Origin: a virus | IMG/VR virus record: IMGVR_UViG_3300042197_002762 | Location: 64,001 to 128,000 of that record | Strand: one strand, 5' to 3' | Length of the DNA stretch: 64,000 nt | Shown here: in pieces, positions 10,387 through 20,977 of the stretch | How positions within the stretch are numbered: the stretch's first letter is position 1 | Layout: each line of letters begins with the position of its first letter | Translations under genes and position numbers: made by a program | The notes under the pieces: generated by a model | The model's input: the letters and a program-made list of their open reading frames with translations, nothing else | What the model was told of the DNA's origin: nothing | Database searches by the model: none

Positions 10387-11994
10387 ATGAGTAATCAAGT
10401 AAAAATTCTATATAATGGTAAGGATGCTTTTAGTGGTATTTCAACAGTCCCATTTGTTTCGATTTCAAATGATTATATTGATTTTGGTACAAAATGGAAT
10501 CAAGTAACTAACATTACCTTAGAGGGGCAGTTAACTGGTAAATTTTTAGGACAAGCTTCTTATGGTTTACTTGCGGATGCGGCTAGAAAATTACATGAAA
10601 ATTTCAATCAAAACTATAAAACTTTATTAATTACAGAAAATGGTTCTGGATTATATACAGGACTTAATACAATTATTAATTCTATTAATATCGAACAATC
10701 TTCTTGGTATGGATTATTACCCTATTCAATTGATTTAACCGTATATGATTCTGGACTTTTTAAAGATTATTATGGAGTTGTGGAACCAGAAGAAACCTTT
10801 TCTTTTGACGAGGAAGACGGGGATATACTAAATCTTGTTCATTCAATTTCGGCAAAAGGTATTGTAGCTAAAAATAAAAATGCAATTGAAAATGCAAAAG
10901 AATGGGTTTTATCAAAAACAGGTAATTTTACCGGTATTTCGCCTATATTAATAAAAAATTTCAGAGCGGCGAGTAACAAACCATTTTTACTATATTCGAC
11001 ACAAGAGGTGGTAGATAGATTTAACGGTACGTATTCTTGGGAAGGAACATATAAAAAATCTACAAATTTAGAAAGTCCTAATAATGCTATTTTGAATTAT
11101 ACTGTAGATTTAAATTCTGGAATTGAAGACGGGATTGTTACGGCAAACATAAATGGCGGTTTAGAAGGTAATAATATCGAAGTTTTAAGAACTGAATACA
11201 ATAATTTAGATTTATATAACATATGCAGTGAAATTTGTAATCGCGTTTTTAAAGAGCCAATTTCTAACAGGCCAATATCACAATCAGTCGAAGAAACAGC
11301 AGAAGAAAACAGATTAGAGTTTAGTTCTACATATAATAATGATTACTCAGATCAATTAGTAAATAATTATACGGTTGATATTAATGAAGACTCTTTAAAG
11401 TGTATAAGAACCGTTACATTAAATTCTACAATATCATGTAAGTATGGTGATCTAGCCACAAAATGGCAAAAAGTAAATGATTTTTATAAAACTAAATTTT
11501 TTCCATATTCTCTAGCTTCAGAAGAATTTTTTTCAGAATTTGGTGCTGCGAATTTAAATCCCGTCCCATTAACAGAATCAATTAGTTTTGATAGTTTTAA
11601 TGCCCAAATTACTTATAACGCACAATATTCAGATAAGCCCCTAATTTTTAGCGCTGATATTTTAAATGTAAGTTCTAATGTTACATTTAATCCATCAATA
11701 TTTATTCATGTTCCTAATACATCAGCTTTTACAGCTAGAGAACACAATATTCAAAATTTAAGGTGTGCTAATAGATCAAAAGTTCAAATTTCTGTAACAG
11801 CTACGGCTAGAATGAACAAAAATATATCATCGGCGGAAAGCGCAGCTATTAGTGAAATTAATAGAATTAAATCAAACTATACAAATGGTCGTGCAAATCT
11901 ATTATTGGAAGACAGAAGCTTTTCAAGAAATAATGATATTAAGACTGTAACAATAAATGAAACATGGTCTTTTGATGGATCCCTAATCTCATAA
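10387..11994 (+). CDS. putative tail/baseplate structural protein, paralog of previous ORF
   Basis: 535 aa; colinear motifs with 8748..10385; TAA-T-ATG coupling. Confidence 0.6.
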   Translation: MSNQVKILYNGKDAFSGISTVPFVSISNDYIDFGTKWNQVTNITLEGQLTGKFLGQASYGLLADAARKLHENFNQNYKTLLITENGSGLYTGLNTIINSINIEQSSWYGLLPYSIDLTVYDSGLFKDYYGVVEPEETFSFDEEDGDILNLVHSISAKGIVAKNKNAIENAKEWVLSKTGNFTGISPILIKNFRAASNKPFLLYSTQEVVDRFNGTYSWEGTYKKSTNLESPNNAILNYTVDLNSGIEDGIVTANINGGLEGNNIEVLRTEYNNLDLYNICSEICNRVFKEPISNRPISQSVEETAEENRLEFSSTYNNDYSDQLVNNYTVDINEDSLKCIRTVTLNSTISCKYGDLATKWQKVNDFYKTKFFPYSLASEEFFSEFGAANLNPVPLTESISFDSFNAQITYNAQYSDKPLIFSADILNVSSNVTFNPSIFIHVPNTSAFTAREHNIQNLRCANRSKVQISVTATARMNKNISSAESAAISEINRIKSNYTNGRANLLLEDRSFSRNNDIKTVTINETWSFDGSLIS

Positions 11995-11995
11995 T

Positions 11996-14900
11996 ATGGT
12001 AAATATAATCTCAGGTATGAATTTTTTGGTAGAAGCCTTGAATATCGATATTCAAGATATTCCTGCTGCATTTTCATTTAGAGCAAATCCTACATTTAAT
12101 ACTAATATCATATATCCTGACCCTTGGGCATCTGGGTCATCTTCTGGTATCTTAAATACAGTTGGCGGAAATGGTTTTTTTACTTATTCTGGGACAGGTA
12201 ATTTTAATGGAAACAATTATTTTAATTTAAATAAAAATTATTCTTTTAATAATTCTACAATATTTTTATCATATGAAAAGTTAAGATCTGGTAATGAAAT
12301 CTTATTATCTTCAATAACAGGAAATTCTTTTAATAACTCTTCTGGTTTTAATCTAGGGATTAATGACGCAAATAAATTATATTTAAAATATTGGAATAAT
12401 GTTGAAGGGCCATTTACTTTTACTTATAGTGGAATTTTATCAGATAAAAATATTATTGTAATTAATAGAAGTGATTCAATTATTACATTAGGACATTTTA
12501 ATAATAATACTTTTGAATTTTCATCACAAGAATTTGAAATTTTTCAAAATAATTTTATTAATAGTTCTAATTTATTTATTGGTGGTACGCCAAACCGTCC
12601 AAATTGGGATTTAAATAATCCATCTAATTTTAGTGGTTATATGGACAGATTGTATATATTTAATAATATACCATTTGTTTATGCTAATGTTTTATCTCGT
12701 GGACTGTTTTCTGAGCCAACTGGTTTCGCGGGGGAATTAGAAGAATACTGTTACACAACAGGATTTTTATCTGGATCTGGTTTTTCTTATTCTACAGTTA
12801 CTGGAGTTTTAGTTTCGGGTTTTCAAAGTGGAATTACTGGAATTACTGGCTATCAAGAAGTTATTTCAGGCAGTTCTTTTACTGGTATTACTGGGTATAG
12901 TGGAAAATATTTAGGTTCATATATTGATAATTGTGGAAATAATATTGACATAATAGAACAAGTTCCGCTTTCTGGTATTATATCAAATGAAATTACAATA
13001 ACGGTTCCTTTAACTGGAATTACTTTTGTAACTGGTTTTGTTGATGTCCCACTTATTGGTGTCGAAACTGGTATCCAAAATGTTTTTGTAACAGGACTTA
13101 TTTGTGATTCGTATTTCAATAATATTGGAGATGTTTTATATGCATATGATGAACCTTATTTATCATCTTTATCTTATAAAGAAATAAGCTTATTGACCAC
13201 TGTAAACCCAAATAAAATTGAGCCGACTGGTAATGATATTATTGAGATCTATGCCGAAAAATATCAACCTAAAACTTTAGAGTATAATAAAAATTTAGCT
13301 TACGATACTTTAAATGAAAATTATTTTTACATTGACCGAGAATTTAAACCTAATGAAGTTCTTATGTTCGGTAATGGTCAAGCTCTTATTGATAATGGAT
13401 ATGAACTTATTCCAAGCGGATATGAAATAATAAGAAGTCCTAATTTTGACTATTTTATTACAGGGACAACTGTAGAAACAAATAAATTTTTTGGAGCAAA
13501 AGATTATTTATTTTATGATTTTTTTAGTGGTAGATCTAGTTTTTACCCAAGATTGAGTAATATTTTTGGGGAAGTTTTTTATCAATCTAGTAATAGTGGT
13601 GTAGATGCTTTTGTTTTTAAAAATGGTCAAAAATTAATTAGTGGTATTGATTATTCTGTAGATAGATTAAATTCAGCGCAATTAATATATGGTTCTGGCA
13701 ATCGTGCAGAATTAGGTTGGAATTTAAATTTAAATGAAGATGGTGATTTGCTAATGGTATCTGATCGTGGCTCCCGTACTATTGCTCAAAATCTTTATAT
13801 ATATAATAAAGACTCTAATTCACAATGGAATTCATCTCAGACATTAACAGGTTTAATGAAGATTGTATGGACTGGGCCGAACTCAGTTATAAGTAGAGAT
13901 TTTGGATCCTATTTAAGTAAAAATGGTAAGGTATTGGTTGTTTTAAATTCTAAGGAAATAGATATTTTTACCGGTTCTAAAAATTCTAACTGGAGTTTAT
14001 GTAAAAATTTTAAATATTCTGCTAATTTTCCTTTGGGTTCTGTTTTTCATACACAGTCTGTCCAAATAACAGACGTTATTACCCCACTTAACGAAGTTAC
14101 CATGAATTACGATGGATCTTTAATTTTAGTTAACGCTCCAAGATTAAGTGGATATTCAGAGAATTCAAGGATTTTAATATTAACAGGTTCTTTAGAAAAT
14201 GGAGATTGGGTTCAAACTAGTTTTTTAGATACTTCATTATTATATATCAGGCCCTATTCTTTGAGACAGCTTAATTTAAATAATGATGGCACAATTTTAG
14301 GGATCGCTGAAAGATTTAGTGCTTGGCCAGGACCATTTGTTGGGCATGTTAGGATTTTAACTGGTTTTATTAATAATTGGAATTTATGTTCAATAATTAG
14401 TGGATCTGGTATTGGGGGCTCGTTAGCCATGTCTAATGACGCAAATATTATATGTACTAGCAACCCATATAGTGGAAATAATATTTCTCAGTATGGAGCG
14501 GGTGCAATTTATATATATACAGGATCAGTTTCTAATGGTTGGAATTTGAAACAAACTATTACGGGAAGTCATGATAATCGTGGAGATGCGATTGGTCGCA
14601 AAATAAAAATTTCAAACGACGGAAATACAATTTTATTCAATGCTGGAATAAGTAATAATACTTCGCCTACAAAAAATAGAATAATAAAATATAAAGGTAA
14701 TAAAAATATGGGGTGGTTACCAGATAATATTTATTATCCAAATAATTTTCAACAAGATAGTGAATTTATAAATTACGGTCAAAATATTGAATTAAATGGT
14801 TTGGGGAATGCTTTTATGACTACTGCTCCTACAACTACTATTTATCCAAATGAGAGTGTAGGGGCTCTTTATACATACGGAGAAGGAATGAATTTGTATT

Positions 14901-15178
14901 TTTTAAATGAAGAGTTTTCTAATCAATTAAATTATTTTATGGTTAAAGAAGTCGATCATTATAACAATTACGCATTAAATTCAGGAATTTCCGGTACTTT
15001 ACCGTTTAATAAACCATTTAATCACGGATGCTCTCAAGTTTATTATAATGGCATTAAACAAAAAATTGGAAATAATTATGTGGAAAATAGTCGATATGAT
15101 CTAATTTCTGGAACTTTTAACCAACCAAGTGAATTTCAAGAAGTAATTTATAATAATACTGACGATTTTTTTGTGTAA
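11996..15178 (+). CDS. tail fibre/adhesin-like protein: LamG-like N-terminus plus FG-GAP-like beta-propeller
   Basis: FNGNNYFNL...LFIGG...FSGYMDRLYIFN (concanavalin/LamG pattern); six or more blades such as LAMSNDANIICTSNPY..GAGAIYIY and IKISNDGNTILFNA. Confidence 0.7.
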   Translation: MVNIISGMNFLVEALNIDIQDIPAAFSFRANPTFNTNIIYPDPWASGSSSGILNTVGGNGFFTYSGTGNFNGNNYFNLNKNYSFNNSTIFLSYEKLRSGNEILLSSITGNSFNNSSGFNLGINDANKLYLKYWNNVEGPFTFTYSGILSDKNIIVINRSDSIITLGHFNNNTFEFSSQEFEIFQNNFINSSNLFIGGTPNRPNWDLNNPSNFSGYMDRLYIFNNIPFVYANVLSRGLFSEPTGFAGELEEYCYTTGFLSGSGFSYSTVTGVLVSGFQSGITGITGYQEVISGSSFTGITGYSGKYLGSYIDNCGNNIDIIEQVPLSGIISNEITITVPLTGITFVTGFVDVPLIGVETGIQNVFVTGLICDSYFNNIGDVLYAYDEPYLSSLSYKEISLLTTVNPNKIEPTGNDIIEIYAEKYQPKTLEYNKNLAYDTLNENYFYIDREFKPNEVLMFGNGQALIDNGYELIPSGYEIIRSPNFDYFITGTTVETNKFFGAKDYLFYDFFSGRSSFYPRLSNIFGEVFYQSSNSGVDAFVFKNGQKLISGIDYSVDRLNSAQLIYGSGNRAELGWNLNLNEDGDLLMVSDRGSRTIAQNLYIYNKDSNSQWNSSQTLTGLMKIVWTGPNSVISRDFGSYLSKNGKVLVVLNSKEIDIFTGSKNSNWSLCKNFKYSANFPLGSVFHTQSVQITDVITPLNEVTMNYDGSLILVNAPRLSGYSENSRILILTGSLENGDWVQTSFLDTSLLYIRPYSLRQLNLNNDGTILGIAERFSAWPGPFVGHVRILTGFINNWNLCSIISGSGIGGSLAMSNDANIICTSNPYSGNNISQYGAGAIYIYTGSVSNGWNLKQTITGSHDNRGDAIGRKIKISNDGNTILFNAGISNNTSPTKNRIIKYKGNKNMGWLPDNIYYPNNFQQDSEFINYGQNIELNGLGNAFMTTAPTTTIYPNESVGALYTYGEGMNLYFLNEEFSNQLNYFMVKEVDHYNNYALNSGISGTLPFNKPFNHGCSQVYYNGIKQKIGNNYVENSRYDLISGTFNQPSEFQEVIYNNTDDFFV
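15173..15178 (+). promoter_or_regulatory. GTGTAA putative late-promoter motif
   Basis: 29 nt upstream of ATG 15208, AAGGA runs between; overlaps previous stop codon. Confidence 0.45.
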
Positions 15179-15207
15179 ATTAAATAGGAATATAAAGGAA
15201 AAAGGAT

Positions 15208-17613
15208 ATGGCAATTAAAAATGTACCAACAATTTCTGGACCAAATTATGGAGGAGTAATATATGGTCTTAATCTTAGTATAGGTTATTCAGCAGAACCA
15301 TCTAAATTAACAATTGATATTGTTAATGAAAATGGGGTTTATGCTACACCATCATTAAATTCACAAACGCAAGTAAGATTTGGAAATTTTACTTTTAATG
15401 GGACCGTATGGTCTTATACTTTAAAAGAAAGCGCCGGAGAAAAAACTTTGCAAGTTACTCTAATAGATAATAGTATTATTTTAGATAGATATTATGTTTT
15501 ATTATGGAAACGTGGATTACTTGGTCTAAACGGAACGTTACAAAATAAAAATAAAACTTTTGATTTTAGTGATGAGAGTATTTTAGTACCACAAAGAAAT
15601 AATAAATTATCTGGTTTTGGGTATACGCAATTTATTGAAAGAAGATTGGGCCGAGTGACAGTTCCTTCAAAATCTTATACATTAGGTAGTAGAAGAGTTG
15701 GAAATGTTATTTTAGTTGGGCATGAAAAATTTGCAAATTCTGTTTGTGACATCCCAGATACTTATTATACATTTAATGATTTAAGAGGTCAAATTCCAGT
15801 AAACATGTCTTCTGCCCCAAGTAATGATACTTGGAAAGCCACTCACGAAGGAACTTTAAGAGAAGTGTTAAGCAGTTGGTGTTCAGATTTAGGTTTCGAT
15901 TATTATTGGGATTTTTCTTCAAATACTCTTAGGTTTTTCGATGTATCCGTTGGTATTTCTAATGTTCCTGATATTTCTGGTCCTAATATTATTTCTAAAG
16001 AAAAATCGGTTTCCATGCAGGGAACATTTAGGCAATATGGTATTGGATATACGGCAATGCCGCGATCTGCGGTTAAAGCCTTAAGTGCTTCTAAATCTAG
16101 GGTAGTATTATATTCTTTATCTCCATATCCAATAAGTTACTTTGTAAATAAAATTGGCGCTCCACAGGCTATTAATGCAGATAAAGGTAAATGGGGTGGT
16201 AGAAGAAGTCAAGATGATTTTGTTCATGCAGCGTTCTTAGGTTTCGTTTCAAGAAGTTTGAGAGATTTATATTGTTTTCGAAATGAACACTGGGAAGCTC
16301 TTGGCTATAAAGTTGATAGTGGATTAACAACAAATAAACCAAAAATCATAAGTGCTCTTAAAAAATTTGGTTTTCAAGATATGATTTCAGATTTAGAAGC
16401 ATTTGATGCTAAGGATTTGCCTAATTATGATTTTAATTTTATTAACAGGGACCCCACTATTGCAGATAAGTGGCATGAAATAGAACAAAAACTATTACAA
16501 TATCATGGTAAATATTATAGGGCTTCAGATTCTTCTGGTTCTTTCTTTTATTGTAATTCTAATTATACAATAGAGGTTGAAATATCTGTTGACCCAGAAG
16601 GCCAAGTGCAAGAGCAAGGTAGTGAAAATTTCGCTGGCCGAAAAATCATTGATAGGGGTGGAACAATGAGTCATGATGAAACAAGCGCTCAAGAAGCCAT
16701 TGGTTATGAAAATTTAACTAATGAAATTCAAAATTGCGCTCCAATACATATTGATTTAAAAGAATCTGGTATTTTAGACTCTTTAATAACTGCAAAAATT
16801 CTTTCAGGGAGTAATTCTAAAAAAATAAATACTTTAGTTATTTTTCCAAATAGTGAAAAATTTGTAAAAAATAAAATAGGTTTTAGATCTTCAACAAGTA
16901 GGGGTTTAAATCCTCTTGAACAAACATTTTATGATCAAAAAAATGCCAATATACAATCTGGTAAAAAAAATTGTCCCCAATATGACGAAAGTTTAGAAAA
17001 AGGTTCATGCAAAGCCGCTGAAGAAATTGCTAGAGATACCGCAATTAAAAATGCCGGAGGTACAACTAACGATACAGATAACCCTGATGATTATATTAGC
17101 GGATTAATAACAAAAACAGCTAAGTCTTGTAGCATATCTTTAAAAGGTGGAACTGTAAGAATTTTCGCTCCATCAGACGGAAGTTTACAAGTTGTTTGTA
17201 GATATAATATTAATATTAATAAACTTACTACCGTTGGAACTGAACAATTTTTATGGTCAGCTGGTTCCCCTGGTGGCGCGAATGATGTCGCTGAAATTCG
17301 TATTAATAATGAAAATATTACGGATCCAGACGAAGATTCTTTTCAATCAAGAAGACCTGGAAATTTAATTAAACCAGCGGATGCTGTTTGTGCAACACCC
17401 CAGCAAGAAATTAAATATGTTTTTGCTGGTGAGCCAGAAGGCGTAGCGTTAAGTCCAACTAATGGGTTATCAAATTTAGATATTAGCTTGTCGTCAGATG
17501 GCTTTACAACAACAGCTACTTTTGCTACAAAACCGCCAAAACTATCAAAAGCCAATAATACAGTAAGATATGTCCAATCACAATTTAACCGCGCTTCTTA
17601 TAACGCTTCATAA
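15208..17613 (+). CDS. putative tail hub/baseplate protein
   Basis: 801 aa; N-terminal LSIGYSAEPSKLTIDIV...FNGTVWSY...LQVTLID resembles hub-type beta-barrels; tail operon context. Confidence 0.5.
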   Translation: MAIKNVPTISGPNYGGVIYGLNLSIGYSAEPSKLTIDIVNENGVYATPSLNSQTQVRFGNFTFNGTVWSYTLKESAGEKTLQVTLIDNSIILDRYYVLLWKRGLLGLNGTLQNKNKTFDFSDESILVPQRNNKLSGFGYTQFIERRLGRVTVPSKSYTLGSRRVGNVILVGHEKFANSVCDIPDTYYTFNDLRGQIPVNMSSAPSNDTWKATHEGTLREVLSSWCSDLGFDYYWDFSSNTLRFFDVSVGISNVPDISGPNIISKEKSVSMQGTFRQYGIGYTAMPRSAVKALSASKSRVVLYSLSPYPISYFVNKIGAPQAINADKGKWGGRRSQDDFVHAAFLGFVSRSLRDLYCFRNEHWEALGYKVDSGLTTNKPKIISALKKFGFQDMISDLEAFDAKDLPNYDFNFINRDPTIADKWHEIEQKLLQYHGKYYRASDSSGSFFYCNSNYTIEVEISVDPEGQVQEQGSENFAGRKIIDRGGTMSHDETSAQEAIGYENLTNEIQNCAPIHIDLKESGILDSLITAKILSGSNSKKINTLVIFPNSEKFVKNKIGFRSSTSRGLNPLEQTFYDQKNANIQSGKKNCPQYDESLEKGSCKAAEEIARDTAIKNAGGTTNDTDNPDDYISGLITKTAKSCSISLKGGTVRIFAPSDGSLQVVCRYNININKLTTVGTEQFLWSAGSPGGANDVAEIRINNENITDPDEDSFQSRRPGNLIKPADAVCATPQQEIKYVFAGEPEGVALSPTNGLSNLDISLSSDGFTTTATFATKPPKLSKANNTVRYVQSQFNRASYNAS

Positions 17614-17615
17614 GT

Positions 17616-20600
17616 ATGGTTATTACATCTGGGATACAGTATAGAAATTTTGCAGCACAAAATGAATTTTCTTTTTCTTTTAGTGCTATAAATTCTATTT
17701 CTTCTGGTATCTCAGAAATTGGTTTTTCTGGGGGTGAAAATGTATTACCAATTTTTTCTTTTAAGAGCGGAAATATTTTTGATTTTAACAATAAATATGT
17801 ATGGTCTTACAATCCAAGAGAGGTAATTAATTTTTCTGGTAATATTGGTTCTGGTTACATTAATTACTTTATAAATAATAATCCAATATGTTTATTTTCT
17901 CCTAAATCTAATAATTTATATTATGATTATTTTTATTTAAAAACAACTGGCTCTGAAATTGATTATGATTTTTATATTCAAGGGGACCGACCAAATTATA
18001 ATGTTATCTTTCCTAAAAGTGGTTTTTTTGGGCAGCGACTAACGGGATTTATAAAAAATTTTGAAACTATACCAGAGAAGTCTTTTAAAATTTTTAGTGG
18101 CACTTTATTTAATGAGAATACAGATTATGAAATACAAAATTTGCCGCTATTTGTAATTTCTGGTAACCAGTCTGGACAAATAATTTTAAAACCGGAATTT
18201 GACGACAATATTGTAATTTCGGAGGTAACACCATCTCAAGCAACCCTATTTTTTAATACAAATTTTGGTAATGTTCAAAATACTATATCTTTTGACTTAA
18301 TTCCTGGTCCTATTTATTTTGTTGAATTATTTACAGGATATACTGGAGGAACTGGATTAATTGACAATTTTACTTTTGGTCAATATTATAATTATGAATT
18401 AAGAACAATATCTCCAGACCCGTTAGAAGTAACGGTTTTAATAAAAAATATTTCTGGGCATACTGGACAATTAATATCTGGAGAATTTGCTGCTAGTGGT
18501 TTTGCCAGCGGTGATATATCTGGTTTTGTTTATGGGTTTGATTATATTACTGGCGTTTTGACGGGAACTGGAATTTCTCTGTTTGAAACTGATTATTATG
18601 GACAATTTCCAACAGGGAAAATTTCAAGTAATTATAGAGAATTACAATATGCTACTGGAACACTAAATTATACATATAGGCTTCCGTTATTAGGAGCGAG
18701 CGGAACTGGTAATTCACCAGAAGGAACCGTAATTACAGCCACCGGATTTTTAAATTCGCCATTAACTGGTTTTATATATGGATATGGTATTTTTTCCGAA
18801 CAAAGAAATATCAGTTTGACGGGTTTTTATTTTGATAGCATAAATATAAAAACAGGATTACAAAGTTTAACTGGATCTGGATTTTATACTGGAACTTATT
18901 TTTTAGACTATAGAAAATTGTTATGGCGGTCTAACAATATTACGGGTACAAATTTTACTGGATCTGGAAATAAAATTGTAGATATCACGGGATTTTCTTT
19001 TGGGTCAATGTTATCCAATAATTCTGGTTCAATTAGTTTTGGCAATATAATAGCTAACCAGCAAACTGGTACGGTATTAAAAGAAATTATTAATCAAAAT
19101 CCAGGGTTATTTATTAATAGTGGTAGTGGATTTTCTACAGAAAATAATTCACTTTCAGAAAGAGCTTTTTTAGGTGATCAATATTTTTACTTAACTGGAC
19201 AAACTGGAGATATTGGAATCTTTTTTAGATTTTACGATCCATCATCAAAAGGTAAAATAACTTATTATTCTTTTGAGCTAGACTTTAATACTTTAAAATA
19301 TCCATACAATTTTGATTTACAATTATCAGAAAATAGAAATGGACCATGGACGACAATTGATTCCCGTACCGGAGATGGTTTGTTTTTAAGAGATGAGCCA
19401 TTAACTTTTTATGAATACCCAAGAGAAATTATTCTAAAATGTAATAATCATAACCAAACAATTAATAATAATGCGACTTATAACTATGCGCGTATTGAAA
19501 TTAAATCTGGTGGTTTTTGGCCACATGCTTTTACTGGCCAAAGATCTAGTAGTGGTATTGGTTTTAGAAAAATTGAACTGTATACTGGCACAAATGTTAA
19601 TATCAATAATTTAGAATCATTTTCTACTTATTCAGTAGCACCGAATTTAACTGGATATAATAAACCTTCTGGCGGAATTTTGAATAATAATTCTTTTTCT
19701 GGGCAAGTAATATATAGTGATGATTCTGTATCTTATCCAGCTTGGTATGCTTTCAATGAGAATAAAAATATTTATCCATACGCTGAAATATCCGGAGATA
19801 TTAATAATGATATATACTTAGGTTATTCTGTAGCTAATAGATTTTTTGATTTTACTGGGTTTAACATTGAATTTGAAGCGGGTTTTATTCCAACAGGTGT
19901 TGTTCTTCAGTTTTCTAGAGATGGAAATAATTATAGCACTATCTATCAAAATTATAATAATACTGGAAATCTGAATTTAAATTTTGATATTATTACCGGA
20001 TGTAAGGATTTAAAATTTACATTTAATAAAAATTTATCTTCAAGCTCAAGCTCTTCATTTAATTGCGTAACTCCGCCTAATTATATTGATACTAATAATA
20101 TTTGTTATCAAAATGCTATTAATAGCGATCCATTTTGCTGTGAGGTTAGTTGGGATGCGGAATGTGACAATGAATATTTTACTTGTGCCGGATCGTCTTC
20201 TAGTAGTAGTAGTAGTAGTAGCAGTTCTAGTTTATCATCTTTCTTATTTAATTCTAATTTATGGATAGACCCAGACGGTGGCAATATCTTTTTAGAACCA
20301 AATCAAAATTCGTCGTCAAGTTCTACTACAAATAGTTCGTCGAGCAGTTCGTCGTCGAGTAGTTCCTCGTCGAGTAGTTCCTCGTCGAGCAGTTCCTCGT
20401 CGAGCAGTTCCTCGTCGAGCAGTTCGTCGTCGAGTAACTCTTCGCCAAGTAGTTCGTCGTCAAGCAGTTCGTCGTCGAGCAGTTCGTCGTCGAGCAGTTC
20501 GTCGTCGAGCAGTTCGTCGTCGAGCAGTTCGTCGTCGAGCAGTTCGTCGTCGAGCAGTTCGTCGTCGAGTAGTTCCTCGTCGAGCAGTTCCTCGTCGAGC

Positions 20601-20912
20601 AGTTCCTCGTCGAGCAGTTCGTCGTCGAGCAGTTCCTCGTCGAGCAGTTCCTCGTCGAGCAGTTCCTCGTCGAGCAGTTCCTCGTCGAGCAGTTCGTCGT
20701 CGAGCAGTTCGTCGTCGAGCAGTTCGTCGTCGAGTAGTTCGTCGTCGAGCAGTTCGTCGTCGAGCAGTTCGTCGTCGAGTTTAGGCCCATTAGTTGTCAA
20801 TTCATTATGGATAGATCCGGAAAATAGTAATGTAATATTAGAAAGTAGCTCGTCGTCAAGCAGTTCGTCGTCAAGTAGTTCGTCGTCAAGTAGTTCTTCT
20901 AGTAGTTTATAA
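17616..20912 (+). CDS. virion fibre-like protein with discoidin (F5/8C)-like domains, Cys motif and very long poly-Ser
   Basis: 1098 aa; FDLQLSENRNGPWTTID..YARIEI and YPAWYAFN..LQFSRDGNNYSTI discoidin-like patterns; DPFCCEVSWDAEC; about 150-Ser tract. Confidence 0.6.
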   Translation: MVITSGIQYRNFAAQNEFSFSFSAINSISSGISEIGFSGGENVLPIFSFKSGNIFDFNNKYVWSYNPREVINFSGNIGSGYINYFINNNPICLFSPKSNNLYYDYFYLKTTGSEIDYDFYIQGDRPNYNVIFPKSGFFGQRLTGFIKNFETIPEKSFKIFSGTLFNENTDYEIQNLPLFVISGNQSGQIILKPEFDDNIVISEVTPSQATLFFNTNFGNVQNTISFDLIPGPIYFVELFTGYTGGTGLIDNFTFGQYYNYELRTISPDPLEVTVLIKNISGHTGQLISGEFAASGFASGDISGFVYGFDYITGVLTGTGISLFETDYYGQFPTGKISSNYRELQYATGTLNYTYRLPLLGASGTGNSPEGTVITATGFLNSPLTGFIYGYGIFSEQRNISLTGFYFDSINIKTGLQSLTGSGFYTGTYFLDYRKLLWRSNNITGTNFTGSGNKIVDITGFSFGSMLSNNSGSISFGNIIANQQTGTVLKEIINQNPGLFINSGSGFSTENNSLSERAFLGDQYFYLTGQTGDIGIFFRFYDPSSKGKITYYSFELDFNTLKYPYNFDLQLSENRNGPWTTIDSRTGDGLFLRDEPLTFYEYPREIILKCNNHNQTINNNATYNYARIEIKSGGFWPHAFTGQRSSSGIGFRKIELYTGTNVNINNLESFSTYSVAPNLTGYNKPSGGILNNNSFSGQVIYSDDSVSYPAWYAFNENKNIYPYAEISGDINNDIYLGYSVANRFFDFTGFNIEFEAGFIPTGVVLQFSRDGNNYSTIYQNYNNTGNLNLNFDIITGCKDLKFTFNKNLSSSSSSSFNCVTPPNYIDTNNICYQNAINSDPFCCEVSWDAECDNEYFTCAGSSSSSSSSSSSSSLSSFLFNSNLWIDPDGGNIFLEPNQNSSSSSTTNSSSSSSSSSSSSSSSSSSSSSSSSSSSSSSSSSSNSSPSSSSSSSSSSSSSSSSSSSSSSSSSSSSSSSSSSSSSSSSSSSSSSSSSSSSSSSSSSSSSSSSSSSSSSSSSSSSSSSSSSSSSSSSSSSSSSSSSSSSSSSSSSSSSSSLGPLVVNSLWIDPENSNVILESSSSSSSSSSSSSSSSSSSSSL
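20342..20776 (+). repeat. 15-bp tandem repeat, 29 units, encoding poly-Ser
   Basis: Unit approx. TCGAG(C/T)AGTTC(G/C)TCG; antisense translation gives 29 consecutive D[DE]ELL-type pentads (one GEELL). Confidence 0.95.
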
Positions 20913-20948
20913 AATGAATTTAATAATTTATATAAAATTACTTTTTAA

Positions 20949-20954
20949 GTGTAA
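20949..20954 (+). promoter_or_regulatory. GTGTAA putative late-promoter motif
   Basis: Intergenic, 23 nt before ATG 20978, AGGA/AAGG between. Confidence 0.5.
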
Positions 20955-20977
20955 CATATATAGGAAAAAGGTTAAAT

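Noticed and set aside
20342-20776. CRISPR array
   Set aside because: Units are contiguous with no unique spacers, only 15 bp long, in-frame coding, and no cas operon is present
20303-20800. Antisense 165-aa DDELL-repeat ORF and 154-aa STTNC-repeat ORF
   Set aside because: Shadow frames of the poly-Ser 15-bp repeat; the sense frame is continuous with a 1098-aa gene and no antisense promoter was seen
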